Source of the DNA: an uncultured Gemmatimonadales bacterium
GTDB taxonomy: Bacteria > Gemmatimonadota > Gemmatimonadetes > Palauibacterales > Palauibacteraceae
Assembly: GCA_963807645.1 (NCBI GenBank)
Contig: CAWECO010000005.1
Location: forward strand, 97,216 to 161,215
Reading direction: 5' to 3'
DNA: 64,000 nt
Shown: positions 45,141-56,317 of the stretch, piece by piece
Layout: every line of letters begins with the position of its first letter
How positions within the stretch are numbered: the stretch's first letter is position 1
Position numbers and translations under genes: made by a program
Notes under the pieces: model-generated
The model's database searches: none
The model's input: the letters and a program-made list of their open reading frames with translations, nothing else
What the model was told of the DNA's origin: nothing

Positions 45141-45656
45141 TCAGCGCCGGGCGGGCCGCCTGGGTCGATCCGCGCTCCGCCGCTCACGCGAACATTTCGC
45201 CACGTACTCGTCCCACACGGCCCGGTGGTATTCCTGGGCCGACACGTGGGCCTCGGGTTCGCCCCATGCCACCACGAGCCAGTCGCAATCCGTTCGAGTC
45301 AGCAGGCGCAGCCGCCGGTATCCGATGGCCGGGTACGGCATCGGGAGGCTCTGCCACACGTGCTTTGGGATCGTAGCGGCCACGTTGTAGCGTGAGCCCG
45401 CTCCGGGGACGAAGGGCGTAGTTAGAAGGAAATTGGCCTGCGCAGCCGTCACGTACAGCTCGGACAGCAGGTCACTGCCGTCGGTCCGCTGCTTCGTCTG
45501 GTCCAGAATCAGGATGCGGAGGGCCGTCGCCGCTTCCCGAAACGCGACAGGTATCGGCATGTATTTCCGGGCCTGGGCCAGCCGTGCGACCGGGTCGGCC
45601 TCGAGGGCTTCCACATCTTCAGCCCAGAATACGCCTGGTGGAAGCGTTGACGGCAT
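45141..45656 (-). CDS. Hypothetical protein (171 aa)
   Basis: GGAGAGG RBS 3-4 nt upstream of the ATG. No recognisable motif. The Arg-rich last ~20 aa (RERRSADRPRRPARR) may be frame-shifted. Confidence 0.45.
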   Translation of the reverse strand: MPSTLPPGVFWAEDVEALEADPVARLAQARKYMPIPVAFREAATALRILILDQTKQRTDGSDLLSELYVTAAQANFLLTTPFVPGAGSRYNVAATIPKHVWQSLPMPYPAIGYRRLRLLTRTDCDWLVVAWGEPEAHVSAQEYHRAVWDEYVAKCSRERRSADRPRRPARR

Positions 45657-46044
45657 CGCCTCTCCGTTCGTAACGACATACCCGCTGCCTGGGCCAGGAT
45701 GGGCACAACTCGACCCCGTTCATCCGCCGAACACCCAAATTACCGCCATCATTGTGCCAATGCGAACCGAAACTGTTAGGCGACGTAAACAGTGGTCAGA
45801 TAGAGCGCTACCGAGTCATCACCGGGTGCCCGGCCGTGGCGGTTTCGTGGCGACGACTCGTCACGTGTTGTACAAGGGCCACAAGATTACCCACGAGGAT
45901 CGGTGGTCGGCGGAATGTCTCAGCTCGCCGACGAGCGATCGATCTTCCGAAGCGCCCGGCGGGCCGCCGCAGGCATTCGAGCCTGGGCAACACAACCGGG
46001 CGCCTCGGAAAGAAGGATCTGTTAGGCGGTGTTTGTCAGGACCT

Positions 46045-47538
46045 CTACCGGTCTCCGCGCAGGCCGCTTAACCAGTGGTCAAGCTGCTTGCCGGCTGCCT
46101 CCCGCCCTCCGAGCCCGAACGCCAGCGCGAACGACACCGCGACGGCACCGAGCGTTAGACCGAAGGCCAGGTTCACGATGTCGTCGGCGATGCCCATCGC
46201 CCGCAGGCCCATGGCCACGATTACGCCCAGAATCGCGACACGGACCAGGCCCGCCAGGAAGGGCCCGTTCTTCGTCGCGACGGACAGCACGGCCGCGTGG
46301 GCGATGCCGGCCAGCCACAAACCTACTCCGATCACCGCCAGGCCGAGCAGAACCTGTCCGCCAAACTCGGTGAACGACGCGACCAGGTCGGAGATCTGTC
46401 CGAAGCCGAGTACGTCGGCCGCCTCGACGGTAGCGAAGAGCAGGAGGAAGAAGATCACAAACTTGCCGGCCAGATCCGAGATCTTCACCCGGTCAGAAAC
46501 CGTGCCGCCCAGTCCGAGCCGCTCGGGCAGAGCATCGGCGCCCACTCCCGCGAGCAGACTGGTCGTCAGCGTACCCAGCAGGCGCGCCACCAGGTAGGAC
46601 AGTCCCAATATGAGGGCGGCTGCGAACACGTTGGGCAAGGCTCCAAGAAAGGCCTCGAGCATTCGGCTGGCCGGAGCGGAGATCGTATCGATGGCCAGCG
46701 CCTCGAGCGCCGCCACGACCGCCGGAACCAGCACGAGCACGAAGACGACCAGGCCCATCAGGCGAGAGAGGGTCAGGTCCCCCCGCAGGCCGATTCGCTC
46801 GCCAAGCCGGTCCGCGCCGGCTGCTCCCAGCAGGCCCGAGATGATATCGCGAATCAAGCCAGCCACGAACCAGCCGATGATCGCGATTGCGGCCGCGGCG
46901 ATGATGTTGGGAAGATAATTCAGGATCTCTCCGACCAGATTCTGAACCGGTGTCAGCAGCCCCTCCAGCCTGAGGGCTCCGAGAATCGCCGGCAGAAACA
47001 GAAGGAGGACCAATCCGTACACGGCCTGCCCCAGGCTCTCGCTGACCGGCCTCATGTCGGCCGCTGCCGTGATCCGCTCGTCGAGCCGACCGGAGCGCAG
47101 CGCATGCACCGTGACCGTTCGCAGAACGGTGGCGACCAGCCATGCCACCAGGGCGAGGATGGCTGCCCCCACCAGGTTCGGCAGAAAGGCCAGGAATGTG
47201 GAGACCAGCTCCTGGAGCGGTTGGGATACGAGCGAAAGGTCGAGCGCGTTCAGAAACGCGACGAAGGCGAGAACCAGGACGACGTAGAATACGCCTCTGG
47301 CGACGAGTCCCTCCAGGTCCGCCGTGGCCTCGGTGCCTGAGTGAAAGCGCCGGTTGAGCCCGACCGCCCCGAGCAACCTCCGGGTCCCTGCACGCAACAC
47401 CACTGCCACGATCCAGCCAAGCAGAAGAATGGCGAGCGCCCCGATTACGGTGGGAAGGTACTGTCCGATTTGCGCGACTATCGATTGGGTCAATGCGCCG
47501 AAGTCCAAGTCCGCCTCCTTCGTTGTGCCCTGATGCAT
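46045..47538 (-). CDS. Conserved-TM-helix-repeat membrane protein (mechanosensitive-channel-associated repeat family)
   Basis: 497 aa built from ~5 tandem ~90-aa modules, each with two TM helices (…LPNLVGAAILALVAWLVA… / …LPNIIAAAAIAIIGWFVA… / …LPNVFAAALILGLSYLVA…). Confidence 0.6.
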   Translation of the reverse strand: MHQGTTKEADLDFGALTQSIVAQIGQYLPTVIGALAILLLGWIVAVVLRAGTRRLLGAVGLNRRFHSGTEATADLEGLVARGVFYVVLVLAFVAFLNALDLSLVSQPLQELVSTFLAFLPNLVGAAILALVAWLVATVLRTVTVHALRSGRLDERITAAADMRPVSESLGQAVYGLVLLLFLPAILGALRLEGLLTPVQNLVGEILNYLPNIIAAAAIAIIGWFVAGLIRDIISGLLGAAGADRLGERIGLRGDLTLSRLMGLVVFVLVLVPAVVAALEALAIDTISAPASRMLEAFLGALPNVFAAALILGLSYLVARLLGTLTTSLLAGVGADALPERLGLGGTVSDRVKISDLAGKFVIFFLLLFATVEAADVLGFGQISDLVASFTEFGGQVLLGLAVIGVGLWLAGIAHAAVLSVATKNGPFLAGLVRVAILGVIVAMGLRAMGIADDIVNLAFGLTLGAVAVSFALAFGLGGREAAGKQLDHWLSGLRGDR

Positions 47539-47605
47539 GTGCGAAAGACGTAGCCATGATCTTGGACAACGAAGGGGCTGTACTGGTCACATCGGACTGC
47601 CATGA

Positions 47606-49902
<2,297 letters not shown>

Positions 49903-49948
49903 TCCGCACGCAGGCCGGAGCAAGCATCGACCCGTCAATGTAAGACAC

Positions 49949-49975
49949 GGAAAGCCCCGGCTCGAGGGGCTTTCC
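49949..49975. terminator. Intrinsic terminator after katG
   Basis: GGAAAGCCCC-ggctcga-GGGGCTTTCC, a 10-bp stem, followed by GTGCTTC. Confidence 0.6.
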
Positions 49976-50502
49976 GTGCTTCGGGCCGGATGGACTCGGC
50001 GAGTTGAGCGGCCTTAGGATCATGGGGCGTCGCGCCACCACTCCGCGGCGTACGGTTCCAGCCGCTCCACCCGCGAGAATCCGAGAGTCGCGGAGACGGC
50101 GCCCCAGTGCGCCCCCTTCGAGAATCTCGGTGAGATCCTGTGCCCGCAGAACGACGCGCTTCCAAACATCATGGTGGGCTGCCAGAGCGGGAATGACGCG
50201 GACATACATTCGCCGGCGATCAGTCATGTCCAGGGACTGCTCTCGGGCGAGGTGGTCGACGAAGACGGAGATCGAGACCTCGGGAGCGGCGGACTCCTCG
50301 TAGGGTGGCAAGACATGAAAGCCTATGGCCCCAGCCCAGATTTCCTCCTGCCGATAGTAGAACAGGGGATCCTCCCGTCGGGGATCCCTGGTCAGGACGT
50401 AACCATCGGGCCATCTCTCGAGTGTCGACATCGCGTTCTCCTCAGCGGCTGACCGACCTTGGCACGTCCAACCTCGCATACAGCTGTGCGGGATGCGGAC
50501 GG

Positions 50503-52158
50503 CTACTGCATTCCAATGAGCCGGCGACGCACCTCCCCGGCGATCTGGATGCCGACTTCCTCTTCCTCATCAACGACTGCGTCGGCTCCTGCGATCACCA
50601 ATTGCCAGCGGTGAATGTGATATCTCGCGCGCACGACGATCGGCGTATCGGGCGCGAGGGCGCGCACCTGCTGGATGATTTGTCGGGCGGCCCATGGATC
50701 CGGGATGGTGATCACGACGCAGGCAGCGGTTCTGACATGCACGCGTTCGAGAACTTCCTCACGCGTGGCGTCTCCCATGATAGTCCGAAGCCCGTAGCCT
50801 CGAGCGAGATCCGCCGTGCGATGTGCCAGTTCGACGACAGACATGTCAAGACTGTGCTCAGCCATCATCAGTTCGGCGACCCGTCGGCCAGCGGGTCCGA
50901 ACCCGATTATCACAAGATGATCGCGAAGCCTGTCCGACACACCTGGGCCCCCGCCCGGGCCCTCTGCGATGCTCGAGGAGAGAGGCGAGCGCCCTCCGAC
51001 AAACCGAGCCACCTGCGGCCCAAGGCCCATCAGGAACGGCGTGAGGAACAGCGTTGTCATCATCGCCGCGACGATCAAGTCGAATTCCCCAAGCCCGATT
51101 AGCCCTCCCTGCCGCGCGAGCACGGCTATGACTAGCGAGAACTCCCCGATTTGGGCGAGGACGATTCCAGTCGCGAGTGACGGGCCGATTGGTCTCCCGA
51201 AGACTCGGAGAACGCCAGTGGTCACCACCGCCTTCCCGATCACAATCGCGGCCACAACGCCGGTCAGGAGCGGCCAGTTCTCGGCGGCCCACCGCGGATT
51301 GCTGAGCATCCCGATGGAACAGAAGAACAAGGTCACGAAGAGTGTTCGGAACGAAATGATGTTGGCGCGGATTTGCGTAGCAAACGGAGACTCGGCCAGC
51401 AGCATGCCCGCGACGAAAGCCCCAAGTGCGGGAGAGAAGCCCAGCTTATGCGATAACCAAGCCGCTCCCACTGCTGTGACAACCGCGAGAAGGATCGGCA
51501 GGTCGCCGTACCTTTGGGCGACTCTGGCACCGAGGAGTGCCGGTAGCGCGTGGCTGATCAGCACGTGGAGAGCACCGACGAGGACCGTTGCCATCCCAAC
51601 GGCTCGGGCTATGCCAAGACTGACCTCGGCAATCGACCCCCCGATGCTGAGGACCGCGATCAGCAGGGTGAGCGGCACGACTGCGAGGTCCTGCAAGAGC
51701 AGAATTCCCACCGCGTAACGCCCGTGAACCGCGTCTATCTCGGCTCGGGCTGCCAGAAGCTGCAGAACCGCGGCCGTGCTGCTCAAGGCAACTGCGGCCC
51801 CAAAGGCGACTGAGGTGGCCGGACTGAGTCCGATAACCAGGCAGATTCCAGCCGTTATGGTCGCCGTGAGCAAGACCTGAAGCGTGCCACCGGCGAGGGC
51901 CACTGGTCCGATGTCTCGAAGTCGTCGCCAGGAGAACTCGAGGCCGATGGTGAAGAGCAAGAGCGCGATGCCCAACTCCGCAATCGCGGTCACGGCCTCG
52001 TGGCTCGGTAGTAGGTCGAACGCATTGGGTCCGAGCAATGCGCCGGCCAGGAGGTATCCTATAAGCGGACTCTGCCTGAAACGCTCGCACAGCGCGCCGA
52101 GGACGATGGCTGCAGCGAGCAGTATCAATATGTCCAGCAGTCCTGCCCAAAGATCCAT
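50503..52158 (-). CDS. kefB: CPA2-family K+/H+ antiporter with C-terminal RCK/TrkA-N domain (KefB/KefC-like)
   Basis: 551 aa, intact. 12-13 TM helices. C-terminal HLVIIGFGPAGRRVAEL NAD-binding fold. Confidence 0.8.
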   Translation of the reverse strand: MDLWAGLLDILILLAAAIVLGALCERFRQSPLIGYLLAGALLGPNAFDLLPSHEAVTAIAELGIALLLFTIGLEFSWRRLRDIGPVALAGGTLQVLLTATITAGICLVIGLSPATSVAFGAAVALSSTAAVLQLLAARAEIDAVHGRYAVGILLLQDLAVVPLTLLIAVLSIGGSIAEVSLGIARAVGMATVLVGALHVLISHALPALLGARVAQRYGDLPILLAVVTAVGAAWLSHKLGFSPALGAFVAGMLLAESPFATQIRANIISFRTLFVTLFFCSIGMLSNPRWAAENWPLLTGVVAAIVIGKAVVTTGVLRVFGRPIGPSLATGIVLAQIGEFSLVIAVLARQGGLIGLGEFDLIVAAMMTTLFLTPFLMGLGPQVARFVGGRSPLSSSIAEGPGGGPGVSDRLRDHLVIIGFGPAGRRVAELMMAEHSLDMSVVELAHRTADLARGYGLRTIMGDATREEVLERVHVRTAACVVITIPDPWAARQIIQQVRALAPDTPIVVRARYHIHRWQLVIAGADAVVDEEEEVGIQIAGEVRRRLIGMQ

Positions 52159-52504
52159 AGCTTCCCGTCCTCATAGTTCACGAGTCGGTTCAGCCTACAA
52201 AGTAGCCATCCGGCCCTTCCTGCTCTACCTGAGGGATGAGTCGATACTGACGATCGCTCCGGAGACTAGCCAGATCACTCTCCACACATGGTTTAAGGTC
52301 GTCGGCGGCGGCGAATCCTCGTCCGAGTTGCTCTGCCGGGAACTCGGGACCTGGAACCTAAGAACATCAGGGGCTGGGACCGTTGCGGCGAGTATCCTTT
52401 AGGGCCGTGGCAAGACAGGCTACCTACAATGCGATCCAGTACTGTCTTGAGGGATCTGTCACCGCGCTTCTCAATCGATTGAGACTGCCCCCCCAGATGC
52501 ACGA

Positions 52505-52525
52505 AAGCCCCGTCGGACGGGGCTT
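52505..52525 (-). terminator. Hairpin immediately 3' of tRNA-Ile
   Basis: AAGCCCCG-tcgga-CGGGGCTT, followed on the minus strand by CTTTCGTGCATCT. Confidence 0.35.
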
Positions 52526-52532
52526 CCTTGAT

Positions 52533-52607
<75 letters not shown>

Positions 52608-52640
52608 CTCGGTCCCCGATCGCCGTCTTCACGGCTGCCC

Positions 52641-52675
52641 GCCGAAAAAGAATGCGAGTCGCGGGGGGCGACTCG
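52641..52675 (-). terminator. Strong intrinsic terminator (minus strand) between the acidic-peptide gene and tRNA-Ile
   Basis: Minus-strand sequence GCGAGTCGC-ccccc-GCGACTCGC (9-bp stem), followed directly by ATTCTTTTTCGG. Confidence 0.6.
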
Positions 52676-52835
52676 CAGCGGGGAGGCCAAACTAGTCGTT
52701 CAAACGCCGGAGTCAACCGGGTTGGGCCGGCTGTGCCGTCATTGATCGGTCTGACGTGAGTCGACCGGTTCGGGGCCAGCTGACAGCGGGGGGCCCGCCA
52801 TCTCACCGACGGGCCCCCGCATGCTCAGCAGCCAG

Positions 52836-53054
52836 TCAGTTCCAGTCGTCGTCCAGCCGTCGCCGGGGCAGACCTATTCCCTCATCCTCATCCTCATCCT
52901 CTTCCTCGTCGTCCCAGTCGTCGTCCTCATCGTCCCAGTCGTCGTCCTCATCGTCCCAGCCGTCGTCCTCGTCCTCTTCCTCTTCCTGCTGCAAGGTCCA
53001 GAGGCGCTCGATGTCTTCGTCGCGCGAACTCCAGTCCCCGGCATCACTGGCCAT
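52836..53054 (-). CDS. Highly acidic Trp-Asp repeat mini-protein (72 aa), hypothetical
   Basis: AGGAGGG RBS 7 nt upstream of the ATG. MASDAGDWSSRDEDIERLWTLQQEEEEDEDDGWDDEDDDWDDEDDDWDDEEEDEDEDEGIGLPRRRLDDDWN. Flanked by terminators on both sides. Confidence 0.5.
   Translation of the reverse strand: MASDAGDWSSRDEDIERLWTLQQEEEEDEDDGWDDEDDDWDDEDDDWDDEEEDEDEDEGIGLPRRRLDDDWN
52881..52985. repeat. Tandem coding repeats: 3 x 21 bp (gtcgtcctcatcgtcccagYc) plus (ctcatc)n runs
   Basis: Direct tandem repeats seen in sequence. They encode DDDWDDE heptads and Glu/Asp runs on the minus strand. Confidence 0.7.
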
Positions 53055-53096
53055 CTGAGACCCTCCTGAAACGGGAAAAACGACCGATTTCGCCGC

Positions 53097-53135
53097 TTAT
53101 TAAAAGAGCGCCGGCTCCGTGTCAAGAGCCGGCGC
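53097..53135 (-). terminator. Intrinsic terminator after typA
   Basis: Minus-strand sequence GCGCCGGCTC-ttgacacg-GAGCCGGCGC (10-bp stem), followed by TCTTTTAATAAG. Confidence 0.65.
53098..53125 (-). promoter_or_regulatory. Candidate sigma70-like promoter for the acidic-peptide gene, embedded in the typA terminator
   Basis: TTGACA sits in the terminator loop. After a 15-17 nt spacer comes TTTAAT/TAATAA within the U-tract, ~45 nt upstream of the ATG at 53054. Confidence 0.3.
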
Positions 53136-53206
53136 AACCGATGCGTTCGGAGGGCCTTATGAAAGATGTGTGAAGCAGCCTCGGACCGGGGGCTCAGGCC
53201 GAAGCC

Positions 53207-55047
53207 TCAGCTCCCGGATACGGCGCGCCGGTCGCGCTTGCGCTCGTGGCTCGTGAGCATGCGCTTCCGCAGCCGTATGGCGTCCGGAGTGACCTCCACG
53301 AGCTCGTCGTCCCGGATGAACTCGAGGGCGTACTCGAGCGTGATATCCCGGGACGGTTCCAGCGTGATGGCCTCGTCCGCCCCGGACGATCGGACGTTGG
53401 AGAGCTTCTTCCCCTTGATCACGTTGACCTCGAGGTCGTTGTCCCGCGAGTGCTCCCCGACGATCATCCCGTTGTAGACGGCCTCCGTCGGCTGAACGAA
53501 CAGGGTGCCGCGTTCCTGGAGGTTCCACAGGGCGTAAGCGGTCGCCGCGCCCTCCATCATGGATACCAGCGCACCTGTAGCTCGGACCTCCAACTCCCCC
53601 GCCCAGGAGTCATACCGCTCGAACTGGCGATGGAGCGTGCCTTCGCCTCTCGTCTCGGTGAGGAATTCGGACCGATAGCCGGTGAGGGCTCGCGACGGCA
53701 CGGAGAAGCGGAGCCGGACCATGCCACCATCCCCCTTCTCCATGTCCACCATGTCGCCCTTCCGCTCTCCGAGGCCGCTCATCACGACCCCGATCATGCC
53801 CTCGGGCACGTCGGCCACGACCTCCTCGTACGGTTCCTCGATCCCCCCGTCCTCCCCGAGGTGGGTGATCACGTGCGGCCGCGAGACGCTGAACTCGTAT
53901 CCTTCCCTCCGCATCGTCTCCATGAGGATCGAGAGGTGAAGCTCGCCCCGGCCCGCCACGCGAAACCGGTCCGGCTCGTCGGTCTCCTCCACGCGGAGCG
54001 CCACGTTCGTATGGACTTCCCGGAACAGCCTCTCGCGCAGCTGTCTCGAGGTCACGAAACGGCCCGAGCGGCCGGCGAACGGAGACGTGTTGGGGCGAAA
54101 CTCCACCGACAGGGTCGGCGGCTCGACCGCGATTCCCTCCAGGCGGGCCGGCGCGTTCGGATCGCACAGCGTGGAACCGACCTCGGCTTCCTCGATGCCC
54201 GCGATCGCCACGATCTGTCCGGCGCGCGCCTCCGGCACTTCCACGCGCGCCATGGCCTCGTACGCGTAGATCTTGGGAATCCGCACGGCCGCGTCGGGGA
54301 CGTCGGAGTCGAGGCCCCAAACGGCCACCGTCTCCCCTTCCCTCACGACGCCGTTCTCCACCCGCCCGATCGCCATGCGCCCCAGGTAGGGCGAATAGTC
54401 CAGCGTCGAGACCAGGAGCTGGAAAGGGGACCCCGGGAGCCCGCTCGGTGCGGGGACCGAATCCACGACGGCGCGAAACAGCGGCGCCAGGTCGGTGCCG
54501 ATCTCGGACGGGTCCACCGAGGCCCAGCCATCCCTCCCGGACGCGTACAGGAACGGAGCGTCGAGCTGCGCGTCCGTGGCCTCGAGCTCCATCAGGAGCT
54601 CCAGAACCTCGTCGTGCACGCGCTCCGGATCGGCGTCCGGCCGGTCGACCTTGTTGATGATGATCACCGGATGCAGGCCCAGCTCCAGCGCCTTCCGGGT
54701 GACGAAGCGGGTCTGCGGCATCGGTCCCTCGAAAGCGTCCACCAGGAGGAGCACGCCTTCGACCATGCGCAGAATCCGTTCGACCTCACCCCCGAAATCG
54801 GCGTGTCCCGGGGTATCCACGATGTTGATCTTCACCCCGCCACCGCCGGGAGCATCCCAACGCACGGAGGCGTTCTTGGAGAAGATGGTGATGCCGCGCT
54901 CCTTCTCCAGCGGGTTGGAGTCCATCATCCGCTCCTCGACCCGTTGACCTTCGCGGAATGAGCCGGTCTGGCGCAGCATCTGGTCCACGAGCGTGGTCTT
55001 GCCGTGGTCCACGTGGGCGATGATGGCGATGTTTCTTATGGAGTCCA
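53207..55047 (-). CDS. typA: Translational GTPase TypA/BipA
   Basis: Proposed TTG start at 55047 gives [20 protein letters not shown], with GAGG 5 nt upstream. Motifs: [16 protein letters not shown]-like domains. Intact. Confidence 0.9.
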
Positions 55048-55246
55048 AGGGACCTCGATTCCCGTCATTTGTCCTGGCCTGGAAACGGCACGCGAGGGCC
55101 ATGCGCATACCTCGCGACCGCCCGCTTACCCTCCGGATTAGGGAAAGTTCGCCGGCGGACCCCGGTGGCCGTTGCTGTCTGTCCAACGGGCCGGAGTAGT
55201 TTGGCTATCCGAACTGCGTCGCACCACTTCCACCGACGGGCGGACG

Positions 55247-56276
55247 ATGACCAACGCGTGCCAATTCCTTCGGCAACGAGGCTCCGGAATCGCCGTTGCG
55301 GCCGCCGTGGCGGGCCTCGCCGGCCTCGCGGGGTGCGGTCAGTCGTCGGCCATGGGAGAGGCTAACTCGCTGATCGTCGTCGCCGATGATGCTCTGTGGG
55401 ACCAGGTCGAAGAGGATACCTACGAGGCTCTCGAGCGCACGGTGTACACGACTCGCGATGAGAAGATCTTCAACGTCACGCAGACGAGCCCCGATTCGCC
55501 CGAGATCAACCAGCTCCTGCTCTGGCGTCAGATCCTGGTGTTCGGTGGGCCCGACGACCCGGGCGTTCAGATGATCGCCGAGAAGGTCGGTCGTGCCTCG
55601 GTCGAACCGGGTGAGGTCGTGCAGGCCTCCAACGTTTGGGCGCGTGGGCAGCTGGCCACGGCCGTGGTTCTCGAGCCCGGGCGGGAAGCCGAAAGCGTGG
55701 CGAGAGCATCTGCCGGGTTTGTCCGAGCATCTCGAGCAGCAGTTCCGCGACTACGTTCTCAGGCGGATGTTCGTCAGCGGCGTCGACACGGCCACGAGCG
55801 AGTTCCTGCGGGACCAGTTCGGCTTCACGCTCGAGATCCCGCGCGTGTACCAGACGGTGGATCGCGACGAGGGCGTAGTCCTGATCCGGAACGACAACCC
55901 GGACCCGAGCGAACTGATACGGTCCATTCTTATCCAGCGCGGTGAGGCCGTCGATTCGATCTCACCGTCGATGGTCTACGTGTGGCGCGCCACGATCGAC
56001 GACACCCACTACAACGTCCCGCAGGACTTCGACGTGATGGTGGGCACGGGCCGGAGTTTCGATCTCAACGGGTCGGAAGCGGTCGAGGCCCGTGGAACCT
56101 GGAAAGACCGGGCGGCCTATCCGGCCGCGGGCCCGTTCGTGGCCCGCGCCGTCCGCTGTGGAGAACACGTGATCTACCTCGATGCGTGGCTCTACTCGCC
56201 GAATCCGCGTCGCAGCAAGTACGAATACATGACGCAGCTGGAGGAGATCCTGGATTCCTTCACGTGCGTCCGCTGA
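55247..56276 (+). CDS. DUF4837-like lipoprotein; 1-nt indel near 55700
   Basis: Lipobox MTNACQFLRQRGSGIAVAAAVAGLAGLAGCG. NSLIVVADDALWDQVEED...LLWRQILVFGG. C-terminal half in a second frame (…FGFTLEIPRVYQTVDRDEGVVLIRNDNPDP…). Family assignment is tentative. Confidence 0.45.
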
Positions 56277-56317
56277 TCGAATGAACGGAACCCTGGAAGA
56301 AAGCGCCTGACCGCCCG

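Noticed and set aside
53055-53206. Plus-strand ORFs 53166..53477 and 53246..54961
   Set aside because: They are antisense to typA, which is unambiguous.
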